From positions 136,131-200,130 of the forward strand of contig JAZKBV010000002.1 of the NCBI GenBank assembly GCA_040388415.1: a stretch of 64,000 nucleotides of DNA, in the 5' to 3' direction. Source of the stretch: Patescibacteria group bacterium. GTDB taxonomy: Bacteria > Patescibacteriota > Minisyncoccia > Phycocordibacterales > PALSA-1337. Shown piece after piece: positions 18,223 to 27,624 of this stretch. The notes under the pieces were generated by a model, which was given only the letters and a program-made list of their open reading frames with translations, was not told where the DNA came from and ran no database searches. Position 1 is the stretch's first letter, and every line of letters starts with the position of its first letter. A program made the position numbers and the translations under genes.

Positions 18223-19136
18223 GATATGATGGATACGTGAATTTATTTTCAAAAATATGGCTTAAATACTTTTTAGTTAGCGTGGTAATTCTCGCGGTCA
18301 TCGGCCTCTACATCTGGTCGATCAGCAGAGTGCCCACAAAACTCGAACTCTACGTTTTCAATACCAAAGGTAAACCGTCGATTTTCATCCGTACTCCACA
18401 AGATGAAAGAGTGCTTATAAATGGCGGTGCAAATGGCGATATTATTCGCTACCTCACCAAGGTCATTCCTTTTTATTCAAGACGGATAGATACGGTCATA
18501 CTTACAAATGATATTACCAATAATGTCACTGGTCTTATAGATATAGTTAATAGGTATAAAATCGGCTCAGTTATCATTCCCACACTCACAATGAGAGACC
18601 TGGGATCAGCTAGTTCTACGGATCAGATTTATGGTGCTTTTATTGACGCTGTTAATGCTCAGGGCATTTTAATTAAAGAAGTTACACGTGGAGACGAGTT
18701 GAATTTCTCTGGACTCAAGATTGAAATACTATTTCCGGTTTCTGTTAATGAATTTGCTTACTCAAAAGCATCAGGACCAGAGTTAGTTTTGAAAATATCC
18801 TATGGTAGCTGCTCTTTTCTATTGATAGGGGATGCGAGTACAAAGATTCAAAAATTTATCGTTCAAAATTCTTCTACAAATACATTAGCTGATTCATTAT
18901 CATCAAATGTCCTGATTATTCCTCATGGCGCATCAGCAAGCTCTCTTTCTTTGGATTTAGTAAATACAGTCCGACCAGAATTTATTGTCTACTCACAGTC
19001 TGTCGCGAGTGGAAAATCAACAAGTAAAAAAGTAGACCCGCTCTATATGATCCTCAAAGACCACCGTTTCAACATACAACAAAAAAACACCGTGAAGGTG
19101 TTTTCTGACGGAGAGTCCGTGCAAATACGCGAATAA
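18216..19136 (+). CDS. ComEC C-terminal metallo-beta-lactamase-like domain protein (stand-alone, metal-binding motif degenerate)
   Basis: An N-terminal TM helix is followed by a Lactamase_B-like fold (VLINGGANGD, GSCSFLLIGDAS, IIPHGASASS). The position of the HxHxDH motif reads LTNDITNN. The start is TTG at 18216 or GTG at 18237. Confidence 0.6.
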   Translation: MKRYDGYVNLFSKIWLKYFLVSVVILAVIGLYIWSISRVPTKLELYVFNTKGKPSIFIRTPQDERVLINGGANGDIIRYLTKVIPFYSRRIDTVILTNDITNNVTGLIDIVNRYKIGSVIIPTLTMRDLGSASSTDQIYGAFIDAVNAQGILIKEVTRGDELNFSGLKIEILFPVSVNEFAYSKASGPELVLKISYGSCSFLLIGDASTKIQKFIVQNSSTNTLADSLSSNVLIIPHGASASSLSLDLVNTVRPEFIVYSQSVASGKSTSKKVDPLYMILKDHRFNIQQKNTVKVFSDGESVQIRE

Positions 19137-19137
19137 T

Positions 19138-19383
19138 TTATTTGATGATACCTGCGTCGCGGAGAGCCTTGAATGGGCCTTTCTTCTGGATAGTACGGAG
19201 ACCGCGAGCTGAGACGACGAGAGGGAATGACTTTTTGAGTTCAGGAACGTAGATCTTCTTTTTCTGAAGATTTGGGTAACGGCGGATGTTGCCACAAGGG
19301 TTGAACTGAGTCGCACGAGTGCGGTTCGAGTATCGTCCCCCGACGACTGATCCTACTTTAGTTATTTGACAGATTCTGGCCAT
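19138..19383 (-). CDS. rpmB: 50S ribosomal protein L28
   Basis: MARICQITKVGSVVGG...NLQKKKIYVPELKKSF is a typical L28 sequence. Length 81 aa. Confidence 0.85.
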   Translation of the reverse strand: MARICQITKVGSVVGGRYSNRTRATQFNPCGNIRRYPNLQKKKIYVPELKKSFPLVVSARGLRTIQKKGPFKALRDAGIIK

Positions 19384-19464
19384 ATAGTTTTCTTAAAAGT
19401 TGTGTCCGGACATCATAGCATTATTCCTATATTCTGCAAGTGCTGGTACAATAAGCGTCTACAT

Positions 19465-20076
19465 ATGATTACATTTATCTCAATCGTCATCCTTATATTC
19501 TCGGTTATTATTCACGAGGTTTCTCACGGCTATATGGCCAACTACCTTGGTGACCCAACCGCGCGTTTGCAGGGGAGGCTTACCTTAAATCCGTTGAAGC
19601 ACATAGATCCCATAGGTTCTATCGTTGTACCGCTCATCACATCTATATCAGGTTTTACCTTTGGTTGGGCAAAACCAGTTCCTTATAATCCATATAATCT
19701 CAAGAATAGACGAAGCGGGGAGTTGTTGATCGCTATGGCTGGACCAGGTTCAAATATCACTATTGCGCTCATATTTAGTCTGATTATCCGCTATGCGGTC
19801 AGTCATTTTGCAGTTACGCCAGGTTTGAATTCATTTATCGAGGTAACGTCATATATAGTAGTCATCAATATCGTCTTGGCCATCTTCAACCTCATACCGC
19901 TCCCGCCACTCGACGGCTCAAAGCTTCTTTTTTCGCTATTACCGAATAGTCTTTTGCGAGTTCGTCATATTCTCGAAGCCTATGCGCCTATCTGGGTCCT
20001 TATTGTTGTATTGTTCGTCTGGCAGTTTATCTCGCCGATCGTGCCGTATGTGTTTAGAGTGTTTACGGGGTTGTAG
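19465..20076 (+). CDS. Site-2 protease family (M50) membrane metalloprotease
   Basis: The HEVSHG HExxH motif sits in a TM helix and the LDG motif (PLPPLDGSKLL) follows downstream. The ORF-track frame starts at 19366 and overlaps rpmB. The Met at 19465 was chosen. Confidence 0.7.
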   Translation: MITFISIVILIFSVIIHEVSHGYMANYLGDPTARLQGRLTLNPLKHIDPIGSIVVPLITSISGFTFGWAKPVPYNPYNLKNRRSGELLIAMAGPGSNITIALIFSLIIRYAVSHFAVTPGLNSFIEVTSYIVVINIVLAIFNLIPLPPLDGSKLLFSLLPNSLLRVRHILEAYAPIWVLIVVLFVWQFISPIVPYVFRVFTGL

Positions 20077-20101
20077 TTTGAATAAATTTTTCTATAAAAA
20101 A

Positions 20102-20125
20102 GACCACTCCAGAAAACTGAAGTGG
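20102..20125 (-). terminator. Rho-independent terminator after the dapB-like gene
   Basis: On the minus strand ACCACT...AGTGGT is followed by CTTTTTTAT. Confidence 0.5.
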
Positions 20126-20145
20126 TTGTGAGTTGTTGTCCAGAT

Positions 20146-20850
20146 TCAGATGAATTCAGTCATCTGGCGAAGCAACGGGCCAGGAATCGGGCTGAGCTCC
20201 ACGACTCGGCGAGCGAGGATAATTCCGCCGTCTACATATGGTCCGAGTCCTTGAACCTTGATGTAACCACCTATTTCAATCTTGGATGCAAATCTTAAGT
20301 CCCAGAAGTGGTAAGCGTGCCGGTTGAGGTGTTCATGCGGAACACCGAGGGCCGATTGTTCAGTCTTTTTTCTGACAGAGACGATTTCTTCATGCGGGAT
20401 ACTGATGACGTCAGCGATCACTTTGGCTGTCCCTGGAACGCTTTTTTTCTCGTTCTGATGCGTTTCGAGAAGTCTTTTTTCACTGACGTCGAGACCAATG
20501 CCTTTAGTCATCCCGGCGATGAAAGCCGGAAACGATTTCAAGAACGCGATGATTGGCAAAGCAAGGTTCGGTGCATTGATAATCGGTATCTTGAAATCCT
20601 CTGGTAGGGTCATGCCCGTAGAAGCTTGAATCAAGGGAATGCTGTTTTTCTCGCAATATGCGATGAAATCCGGTAATTGTTTACCGCTACCGACATGAAT
20701 CCCGACTGTGGATACTATTTCCTTAGGAAGAATTGGAGCAGTTTCCCATTTGAAGATTGTGACATCCGGTCCGGCACCGGATGCGAAATCAAGAAAGGCC
20801 TTTGCCAGTGCGCCGTTTCCGCAGATGGTTAATTGAAGTAGTTTACTCAT
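20146..20850 (-). CDS. dapB: 4-hydroxy-tetrahydrodipicolinate reductase (DapB) family protein
   Basis: Three segments align to DapB: GLDVSEKRLLETHQNEKKSVPGTA with the E-x-HH-x-x-K-x-D-x-PSGTA signature (His-Gln here), NAPNLALPIIAFL with NFSVGVNVM, and an N-terminal GNGALAK dinucleotide-binding-like motif. The start was taken at MSKLLQ. Confidence 0.6.
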   Translation of the reverse strand: MSKLLQLTICGNGALAKAFLDFASGAGPDVTIFKWETAPILPKEIVSTVGIHVGSGKQLPDFIAYCEKNSIPLIQASTGMTLPEDFKIPIINAPNLALPIIAFLKSFPAFIAGMTKGIGLDVSEKRLLETHQNEKKSVPGTAKVIADVISIPHEEIVSVRKKTEQSALGVPHEHLNRHAYHFWDLRFASKIEIGGYIKVQGLGPYVDGGIILARRVVELSPIPGPLLRQMTEFI

Positions 20851-21080
20851 AATTGTATTCAGTTGTTGGTTGTTCAGTTTCGTTCTGAATACTACGCCCA
20901 AATGCTGTCTTGTCAAACTATTACGAGCATGATACTGTACCTCCACTACTCCATACGGGAGTTGTACATTATCCAGGCAAGAATGAGTAATCGCCCAAGC
21001 CAAACCTCACTTTATGAGGAAACTCAAGGCTTTCGCGGTGAAGAATTCAGGATTGCCACTTAACACAAGAGGTAAGAGAC

Positions 21081-21146
21081 TAGAGATAAGAGCTAGGAAA
21101 ATCGCACATTGCATTTCTTATCTCCAGGCTCTTAGCTCTTAGCTCT
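21081..21146 (+). repeat. Composite intergenic element: 18-mer TAGAGATAAGAGCTAGGA, 16-mer AGGAAAATCGCACATT, a hairpin, and a 7-mer tandem repeat (GCTCTTA x about 3)
   Basis: The 18-mer recurs at 58243-58260 with 17/18 identity. The 16-mer recurs at 55308-55322. The inverted repeat is AGAGATAAGA/TCTTATCTC. The tandem repeat spans 21127-21146. Confidence 0.45.
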
Positions 21147-21154
21147 ATTAACAA

Positions 21155-21574
21155 ATGCCTACAATCAACCAGCTTACCAAGCGCGGTCGTGTCAGTTTCA
21201 AGCGTAAGAGCAAGTCCATCGCTCTTACCCGTACGTTTAATAGTATCGAGAACCGTCCATCATTCTTCCCAGCGCCATTCAAGCGCGGAGTATGCGTGAA
21301 GGTTACGACAAAGACACCAAAGAAGCCTAACTCAGCTATCCGCAAGATTGCCCGTGTTCGTCTTTCAAATGGTCTCGAAGTCACTGCATATGTTCCAGGC
21401 GAAGGTCATAACCTCCAGGAACACTCAGTGGTCCTCCTCCGTGGCGGTCGCGTCAAAGACGTCGGTCTCCGTTATACAGTCGTTCGCGGTGTGCTCGATG
21501 CAGCGGGCGTAGAGAAGCGTCGCAAAGGTCGCAGTCAATATGGTAACAAGAAGCCAAAGGCAGCAAAGGCTTAG
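21155..21574 (+). CDS. rpsL: 30S ribosomal protein S12
   Basis: [12 protein letters not shown]... and the [10 protein letters not shown] motif. Confidence 0.95.
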   Translation: MPTINQLTKRGRVSFKRKSKSIALTRTFNSIENRPSFFPAPFKRGVCVKVTTKTPKKPNSAIRKIARVRLSNGLEVTAYVPGEGHNLQEHSVVLLRGGRVKDVGLRYTVVRGVLDAAGVEKRRKGRSQYGNKKPKAAKA

Positions 21575-21605
21575 TTCCATTCTAATATTCAACTAATATA
21601 CTACT

Positions 21606-22076
21606 ATGCGAAGAAAGAAAAATATAAAGCGCGACCTTAGACCTGATGCTCAGTTTGATTCCCTCAAAGTCTCAAAGTTCATCAACTACGTCATGCAAGA
21701 GGGTAAGAAAAACACAGCACGTACGATTGTCTATGATTGTATGAACGCTATCAAAGATCAAGCTAAAGTCGAGAATCCAATCGAAGTTTTCGAATTGGCT
21801 CTCAAGAACACGACTCCAGCTATGGAAGTCCGTTCACGCCGTGTCGGTGGTGCCAACTATCAGGTCCCTCGTGAAGTTCGTCCAGAGCGCAAGAACGCAC
21901 TCTCTATGAAATGGATCGTCGAAGCAGCTCGTGGCAAGAAGGGAAAGCCTATGCACCTCAAGCTCGCTGATGAGATCATAGCTGCCTCAAAGAATGAAGG
22001 CGAAGCGGTCAAGAAGCGTGAGAACGTCCACAAGATGGCTGAAGCTAACAAGGCTTTTGCTCACTTTGCTTGGTAG
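21606..22076 (+). CDS. rpsG: 30S ribosomal protein S7
   Basis: Typical S7 sequence of 156 aa, immediately after rpsL. Confidence 0.95.
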   Translation: MRRKKNIKRDLRPDAQFDSLKVSKFINYVMQEGKKNTARTIVYDCMNAIKDQAKVENPIEVFELALKNTTPAMEVRSRRVGGANYQVPREVRPERKNALSMKWIVEAARGKKGKPMHLKLADEIIAASKNEGEAVKKRENVHKMAEANKAFAHFAW

Positions 22077-22118
22077 TTTCTCGAAATTTCGCACTAAATT
22101 TTTTTCAGAAATAACATC

Positions 22119-22154
22119 AATGCCTCGTCAATATTGACCGGGCATTTTTGTTTG
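22119..22154 (+). terminator. Rho-independent terminator after rpsG (stem AATGCC/GGCATT enclosing the palindrome GTCAATATTGAC, then TTTTTGTTT)
   Basis: Seen directly. It is unexpected here, because fusA normally follows rpsG without termination. Confidence 0.6.
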
Positions 22155-22168
22155 ATAAAATTGTAGTA

Positions 22169-22372
22169 ATGTCAGCAATAGATTGGACACAAATCTATAA
22201 AAAATACAAAGGTCTTTGGGTAGCTCTACTCAAGGATGAAGTTACTGTTGTTGGTTATGGAAAAACATTAAAAGAGGCGCGAGCTAGAGCTTTGAAAAAT
22301 GGTTACCCACATCCTATATTTACTCGTATGCCGGACAATTTATCAGCACATATCGGAGGAATCTGGTTATGA
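22169..22372 (+). CDS. DUF5678-like small protein (about 67 aa), partner of the downstream retropepsin-like protease
   Basis: DWTQIYKKYKGLWVALLKDEVTVVGYGKTLKEARARALKNGYPHPIFTRMP matches the y.GkWVAi..d.vv..g.s..ea...a...g...p.i..vp pattern of DUF5678. Its stop overlaps the next ATG (ATGA). Confidence 0.55.
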   Translation: MSAIDWTQIYKKYKGLWVALLKDEVTVVGYGKTLKEARARALKNGYPHPIFTRMPDNLSAHIGGIWL

Positions 22373-22770
22373 AATTTAAATATAAAGTGTATGGTGATGC
22401 TTTAAGGCCGGTCATACCGGTTAAAATTTCGCACAAGAATGCTTTTGCAGATTGTGAAGTGTTGGTTGATTCTGGTGCAGATCATTGTTTCTTTGATGCT
22501 CAGGTCGCTGAAGATATTGGGATTGATACAGTAACTGGTCATGAAATCAAGGAAGTATTTGGTCTAGGTGGTAAAGTCTCTTTATATTATGTGCATCCAA
22601 TTACGCTAACGGTTGGAGAAAAATCATTCAACATAAAAGCAGGATTTGTACCAAATCTTGGTGGTAAAATTATCTCTTATGGCATAGTTGGCCAAAAAGG
22701 TTTCTTCGATAACTTTTCTGTGAAGTTTGATTTATCAAAAGAGCTAATAGAACTAAAAGAAATAAAATAA
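22369..22770 (+). CDS. Retropepsin-like (clan AA) aspartic protease
   Basis: The catalytic motif LVDSGAD sits in a 133 aa protein. It is translationally coupled to the upstream DUF5678-like gene. Confidence 0.65.
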   Translation: MKFKYKVYGDALRPVIPVKISHKNAFADCEVLVDSGADHCFFDAQVAEDIGIDTVTGHEIKEVFGLGGKVSLYYVHPITLTVGEKSFNIKAGFVPNLGGKIISYGIVGQKGFFDNFSVKFDLSKELIELKEIK

Positions 22771-23033
22771 TATGAGAACATTCATTAGTCTGATAAAGTT
22801 AGAACAAAAGTGGGTAGTGTCTTGTCTTTGTATATTCTGCGAGTCTTTTTTCACGTTTGTCCGTTCAACAGATGGTACAGCGTTTGGTGGGTAATACTAT
22901 GGTTCGGATGGAAGTGTTATAGAAGGTGAAAGGGGGATATGTGATAAGTGTTTGGGCATTGAACATGTTGCGGAGAAGCCCAAAGGAAAGATGGGGTTTG
23001 CTGTTTAAGTTTGAGCTTGTTAGACTTTGTGAT

Positions 23034-23423
23034 ATGGAAAAGCAACCTAATTCATTTGAAGGGAATAAAGATGAAGATATATACGCCAGAGGAGATTTAC
23101 TTAATGATTATTTTAATGAAATCATGTATGTTGGTGTTAATAGGGAAGGTAAAATTTATAGAGATAAAGTTAAGACAATTCAAGAACATTATTTTGATGA
23201 TCCATATGCAAAGGCTGATTGGAAAGCTGAGTTTGAAAAATATGTGAAGGAAAAACCAAAAAAAGTTGAAAGAGTTAATAAACTCGTGAATATATTGAAT
23301 ACGACTAATGATGTTACTTTATTCAAGAGGGCTTATAATGAAATATTAAGATTAATATACGATAGAGAAGTTTCATTGATGTACCCTGAATCAGAATTCA
23401 ACCCAGATTTGCTCGAGCTGTAG
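23034..23423 (+). CDS. Hypothetical protein in a strongly AT-rich segment (likely horizontally acquired)
   Basis: The 22771-23550 region is about 30% GC against about 45% for its flanks. The ORF is Lys/Glu/Asn-rich. The ORF-track frame starts at 22926 with GTG and the Met at 23034 was preferred. Confidence 0.4.
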   Translation: MEKQPNSFEGNKDEDIYARGDLLNDYFNEIMYVGVNREGKIYRDKVKTIQEHYFDDPYAKADWKAEFEKYVKEKPKKVERVNKLVNILNTTNDVTLFKRAYNEILRLIYDREVSLMYPESEFNPDLLEL

Positions 23424-23550
23424 TTCTATTTGCCAATTTCCCCCATTTCCTGTACATTATCCCTTACTAAAGGCGACTCGCTTTTTTAATTTATCATCAA
23501 TTTTTGAGCCACATTTATCATAAACGGCCCAATAAATTTACACACAACAC

Positions 23551-25716
23551 ATGAACCGCGATTACCCACTTGAGAGAATGCGAAACTTCGGAATCATCGC
23601 TCACATCGATGCCGGCAAGACAACGACATCAGAGCGTATCCTTTACTATACAGGTATGATCCACAAGATCGGTGAAGTTCACACAGGTGAAACGACCACT
23701 GACTGGATGGAACAAGAGCGCGAGCGTGGTATCACTATCACTGCCGCTGCTATTACTTGTTTTTGGAATCCAACATATCAGCGTGGACTCAAAGACGCTG
23801 CAGGCAAAGATGATGTATCAAAGAAAGTTCGTTTCAACATCATCGACACACCAGGACACATCGACTTTACGGTAGAAGTGAAGCGTTCTCTTCGCGTGCT
23901 CGACGGTGCAGTTGTGGTCTTCGATGGTGTGGCAGGTGTTGAGCCACAGTCTGAGACAAACTGGCGCTATGCCGATGAAGCCAATGTTCCACGTCTTTGT
24001 TTCATCAACAAGATGGATCGCATGGGCGCTTCATTTGAGAAGTCATACGCATCTATCCTCGAACGTTTGAATAAGAATGCCGTTCGCTTCCAGCTCCCGA
24101 TCGGAACAGAAGCGGCTCATGAAGGTGTTGTTGACCTCCTCCGCATGAAGGCCTATACCTTCACCGGTGAAAAGGGTATCGATGTTAATGAAAGTGAGAT
24201 TCCTGCAGATATGCTCGAAGATGCAAAGAAGTATCGCGCAATCATGATCGAAAAGGTTGTCGAAACAGATGACGTTGCTATGCAAAACTTCCTCGATGGA
24301 AAAGAGATCTCAGTAGATGAGTTCAAGAAAGTTTGTCGCAAGGCAGTTATTGCCAACAAGATCTTCCCAGTCTTCACTGGTTCAGCTCTCAAGAACGTCG
24401 GTGTTCAGCTCGTACTCGACGCCGTTGTCGACTACCTCCCATCACCGCTCGATATGCCAGCTATCAAAGGTATCGACCCAAACACTGGTGCAGATATCGA
24501 ACGTCACGCTGATGATAGTGAGCCTTTCTCAGCTCTTGCGTTCAAACTCCAGAACGACCCATTCGTCGGTCAGCTCACCTTCTTCCGTGTGTACTCAGGT
24601 ACCATCGAAGCCGGCACTTATATCTATAACTCAACGACAGGCAAGAAAGAGCGTCTTGGTCGTATCGTCCGTCTCCAGGCTGACAAGCGCGAAGAAGTGA
24701 AGAAAGTTTTTGCGGGTGAGATCGCTGCAGCCGTCGGTCTCAAAGACGCACTTACTTCTCACACATTCTGTGATGAAGAAAAGCCGATCATCCTCGAAAA
24801 GATTAAATTCATGGAGCCAGTTATCTCTCTCCGTATCGAACCGAAGACAAAAGCAGACCAGGAAAAAATGGGTCTTGCTCTCCGCAAGCTCGGTAACGAA
24901 GATCCAACCTTCCGTGTTTCAAGCAACCAAGAGACAGGTGAGACGATCATTTCAGGTATGGGAGAACTCCACCTTGAGATCATGGTTGACCGTATGAAGC
25001 GCGAGTTCACCGTTGAAGCGAACGTTGGTAAGCCTCAAGTGGCATATCGCGAAACCATTCTCGGTACTGCTGAAGCAGAAGAAAAATACGTCAAGCAGAC
25101 TGGTGGTAAAGGTCAGTACGGTCACGTTAAGCTCAACATCAAGCCGATGTTGCCATGGCCAGAAGGTGAGAAGGTTCCAAAGAATGTTAGTAACTATGAT
25201 GACTTCCGTTTCATCAACTCTATCACTGGCGGTGCTATCCCTGGTGAATTTATCCCTGCAGTTGAAAAGGGTGTTCATGAAGCTATGGATCGCGGTATCC
25301 TCGCTGGATTCAGGCTCGTTAACATTGAATGTGAATTGACCTACGGTTCGTATCACGACGTTGACTCATCAGAAATCGCCTACAAGATCGCGGCATCTAT
25401 TGCTTTCCAAGCTGCATGTAAGCGCGCAAAGCCAGTTATCCTCGAACCTATCATGAAGCTTGAAGTTGTCTGTCCAGAAAAATATATGGGTGATGTTATC
25501 GGTTCTATCTCATCAAAGCGCGGTCTTATCGAAGGTTCAGAGCCAAAGGGTATGAATCTCGCTATTCACGCCAAGGTTCCATTGTCAGAGATGTTCGGTT
25601 ATACCACTGATCTTCGCTCTATGACTTCAGGTCAGGGAAGCGCTCAGATGGAGTTCGATCACTATGATGTGGTTCCAAAGAACGTTGAGACTGAGATTAT
25701 CGAGAAGAAGAAATAA
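23551..25716 (+). CDS. fusA: Elongation factor G
   Basis: The GTPase G1-G5 motifs are present ([18 protein letters not shown]) and the length is 721 aa. Confidence 0.95.
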   Translation: MNRDYPLERMRNFGIIAHIDAGKTTTSERILYYTGMIHKIGEVHTGETTTDWMEQERERGITITAAAITCFWNPTYQRGLKDAAGKDDVSKKVRFNIIDTPGHIDFTVEVKRSLRVLDGAVVVFDGVAGVEPQSETNWRYADEANVPRLCFINKMDRMGASFEKSYASILERLNKNAVRFQLPIGTEAAHEGVVDLLRMKAYTFTGEKGIDVNESEIPADMLEDAKKYRAIMIEKVVETDDVAMQNFLDGKEISVDEFKKVCRKAVIANKIFPVFTGSALKNVGVQLVLDAVVDYLPSPLDMPAIKGIDPNTGADIERHADDSEPFSALAFKLQNDPFVGQLTFFRVYSGTIEAGTYIYNSTTGKKERLGRIVRLQADKREEVKKVFAGEIAAAVGLKDALTSHTFCDEEKPIILEKIKFMEPVISLRIEPKTKADQEKMGLALRKLGNEDPTFRVSSNQETGETIISGMGELHLEIMVDRMKREFTVEANVGKPQVAYRETILGTAEAEEKYVKQTGGKGQYGHVKLNIKPMLPWPEGEKVPKNVSNYDDFRFINSITGGAIPGEFIPAVEKGVHEAMDRGILAGFRLVNIECELTYGSYHDVDSSEIAYKIAASIAFQAACKRAKPVILEPIMKLEVVCPEKYMGDVIGSISSKRGLIEGSEPKGMNLAIHAKVPLSEMFGYTTDLRSMTSGQGSAQMEFDHYDVVPKNVETEIIEKKK

Positions 25717-25778
25717 AAAGATTGGGGATAACCCCAGTTGCGTAGATTTTATAGAGAGCTATACTGTTCCCAACTACC

Positions 25779-25807
25779 CAAGCACGTGCCATTCAGGCAC
25801 GTGCTTG
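25779..25807 (+). promoter_or_regulatory. Perfect 12 bp hairpin CAAGCACGTGCC-attca-GGCACGTGCTTG within a conserved leader element (copy 1)
   Basis: It lies 43 nt upstream of the secreted-protein gene at 25850. It is related to the element at 28511-28545 through the shared CTACCyAAG.ACGTGCCAT motif. Confidence 0.45.
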
Positions 25808-25849
25808 TCTCGTTATCTGACAGTATTAAAAATTTAATCTCACCTCAAC

Positions 25850-27016
25850 ATGTTCACTCTCCAAAGTCTCAAAAAAGAAATGATCCTGAGCGCCCTATCG
25901 CTCGTCATTCTTTTTAGTGGTGCTGTTATCAGTACCGTGACAACACAGGCGCAGGTGACGGGCACATCTGCAACAGTAGTCACTACGACAACTGGGCCAG
26001 TTGGTGCATATGGCATAACCGTTACAAGTCCAAATGGAGGAGAGACATTGCTTGCTTCAAGCAGTCAGACGATCAGTTGGATAAATGCCTCATCGAGCCC
26101 AGTGGATATTTATCTTTTACCATATCAAGCACCATGTACTACAACTATCTGTCCTCTGATAAGAATAGCGCCAATCTATATCGCTCAAAATGTGAGCGGT
26201 GGCAGTTATTTCATACAGGATATAACTTCTATTCCTATTCCATTAAATAAGTACAGAGCAGAAGTATGTCTCGCGGGAACATTTATGTGTGATGTAAGCG
26301 ATGATTATTTCACGGTCACTACCTCAACACAGACAACCTCATCCTGCTACGTTTTCTCAAATAATCTTACGGTCGGTTCAACAGGCGCTGATGTGACCGC
26401 TCTCCAGCAGTTTCTCTCCACTAACGGTTTTCTATCAAATAAATTTGTTACAGGATATTTTGGTCCTCAAACAGTAGATGCAGTTAAGTTATATCAAACA
26501 AGTGTTGGATTACCATCGTATGGTTTTGTCGGTCCGATAACGCGTGAAAAACTTAATGCTGCATGTGTACCAATTGATACAGATAAAGATGGGGGTGCAA
26601 AATCAATTAAACTATTGAATCCAAATGGTAATGAAAAGTGGATGTCTGGAAGTCGTAGTGCTGTCAAATGGAGTGCACCACATGCATCAGTATCTGATCT
26701 TATGGATATAAAAATCGCCAGTTATCTTCCTCCATGTATAACACCGATTTGTCCGCGTATCGTGCCTACTCCATTGACGGTTATTTCTGGGATCAGTGCG
26801 ACCACGCATTCATATGAGTGGGTTACAGGTCAATTACAAAATGGGTATTCAGTTCCTGCGGGAAAATACACTATGCAGATATGTATCACAGGAATAACTC
26901 CTATTTGTGATACAGGGAAGACCTATTTCAGCATAACGGCCCCCGTAGTAACCACTAGTGCAGCAGTGTCAGATGCGGTCAGCAATATGAGTTGGTCTGG
27001 TGTGTTTAATAATTAA
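25850..27016 (+). CDS. Secreted protein with a PG_binding_1-like peptidoglycan-binding domain flanked by two Kre9/KNH-like (SPNGGE...W) Ig-like domains
   Basis: The signal peptide is followed by a first domain ITVTSPNGGETLLASSSQTISW. The central segment TALQQFLSTNGF...GYFGPQTVDAVKLYQ matches the PG-binding LxxLGY...DGxFGxxT motif. A second domain reads LLNPNGNEKWMSGSRSAVKW. Confidence 0.6.
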   Translation: MFTLQSLKKEMILSALSLVILFSGAVISTVTTQAQVTGTSATVVTTTTGPVGAYGITVTSPNGGETLLASSSQTISWINASSSPVDIYLLPYQAPCTTTICPLIRIAPIYIAQNVSGGSYFIQDITSIPIPLNKYRAEVCLAGTFMCDVSDDYFTVTTSTQTTSSCYVFSNNLTVGSTGADVTALQQFLSTNGFLSNKFVTGYFGPQTVDAVKLYQTSVGLPSYGFVGPITREKLNAACVPIDTDKDGGAKSIKLLNPNGNEKWMSGSRSAVKWSAPHASVSDLMDIKIASYLPPCITPICPRIVPTPLTVISGISATTHSYEWVTGQLQNGYSVPAGKYTMQICITGITPICDTGKTYFSITAPVVTTSAAVSDAVSNMSWSGVFNN

Positions 27017-27027
27017 TCATTCATCAT

Positions 27028-27579
27028 ATGTCTATGTTCGGTAAAAACTTAAAATACGTTCTTGTTCTCGGCGCTCTTGCAGTGCTTACGTTTACCAACC
27101 CTGCAGTTCTTGATGCGATATCAAGCGGCATGGCGTATACACAGGAGCAGGCAGCCGCTGGAGATATTTTTAAACAAAGTCGCCCTGGATTTTTCGGCAA
27201 TCTATTTAAAATTGAAGCAAGAGAAATAAGGGCTACAAGCACATCTAATAAAAAAGATTTGAGCAGCACGACTCGTCCGATGATGTTTGCTTCATCAACT
27301 CGTCCGACAGCTGATAAACCTGAAGGGAAGGAGCAAGATCACCGTCTTACTCCTGAACAAGTCGTCACTATTCTTTTTAAGGCAGGAATCATTCCACAAG
27401 AAAAGCTTGATCTTGCACGAAGACTGGTGAATGGCGCACAAATGGGAACATCTACAGTTGGTAAAGTCATTCGTGAAGAGGTTAGAAATAAAATCGGTAC
27501 AAGCACCCGCATGATGCCTCCACCGCCACCAGTGCCACCAGTTAGCTCGACGACGAGTTCAACAACTGCCCCATTCTAG
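27028..27579 (+). CDS. Hypothetical secreted protein with a Pro-rich, Ser/Thr-rich C-terminus
   Basis: Signal-peptide-like N-terminus (MFGKNLKYVLVLGALAVLTF) and a PPPPPVPPVSSTTSSTT tail. Confidence 0.4.
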   Translation: MSMFGKNLKYVLVLGALAVLTFTNPAVLDAISSGMAYTQEQAAAGDIFKQSRPGFFGNLFKIEAREIRATSTSNKKDLSSTTRPMMFASSTRPTADKPEGKEQDHRLTPEQVVTILFKAGIIPQEKLDLARRLVNGAQMGTSTVGKVIREEVRNKIGTSTRMMPPPPPVPPVSSTTSSTTAPF

Positions 27580-27591
27580 TCAAAAAAATAA

Positions 27592-27624
27592 TTTAAAACC
27601 CCGACATACATTCGGGGTTTTATT
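27592..27624. terminator. Bidirectional terminator (AAAACCCCGA-cataca-TTCGGGGTTTT)
   Basis: A 10 bp stem with flanking A-run and T-run lies between convergent genes. Confidence 0.7.

Noticed and set aside
19366-19464. N-terminal extension of the M50 protease ORF overlapping rpmB on the opposite strand
   Set aside because: The internal Met at 19465 gives a protein beginning directly with a TM helix and avoids a 20-codon overlap with L28. The extension has no hydrophobic or signal character.
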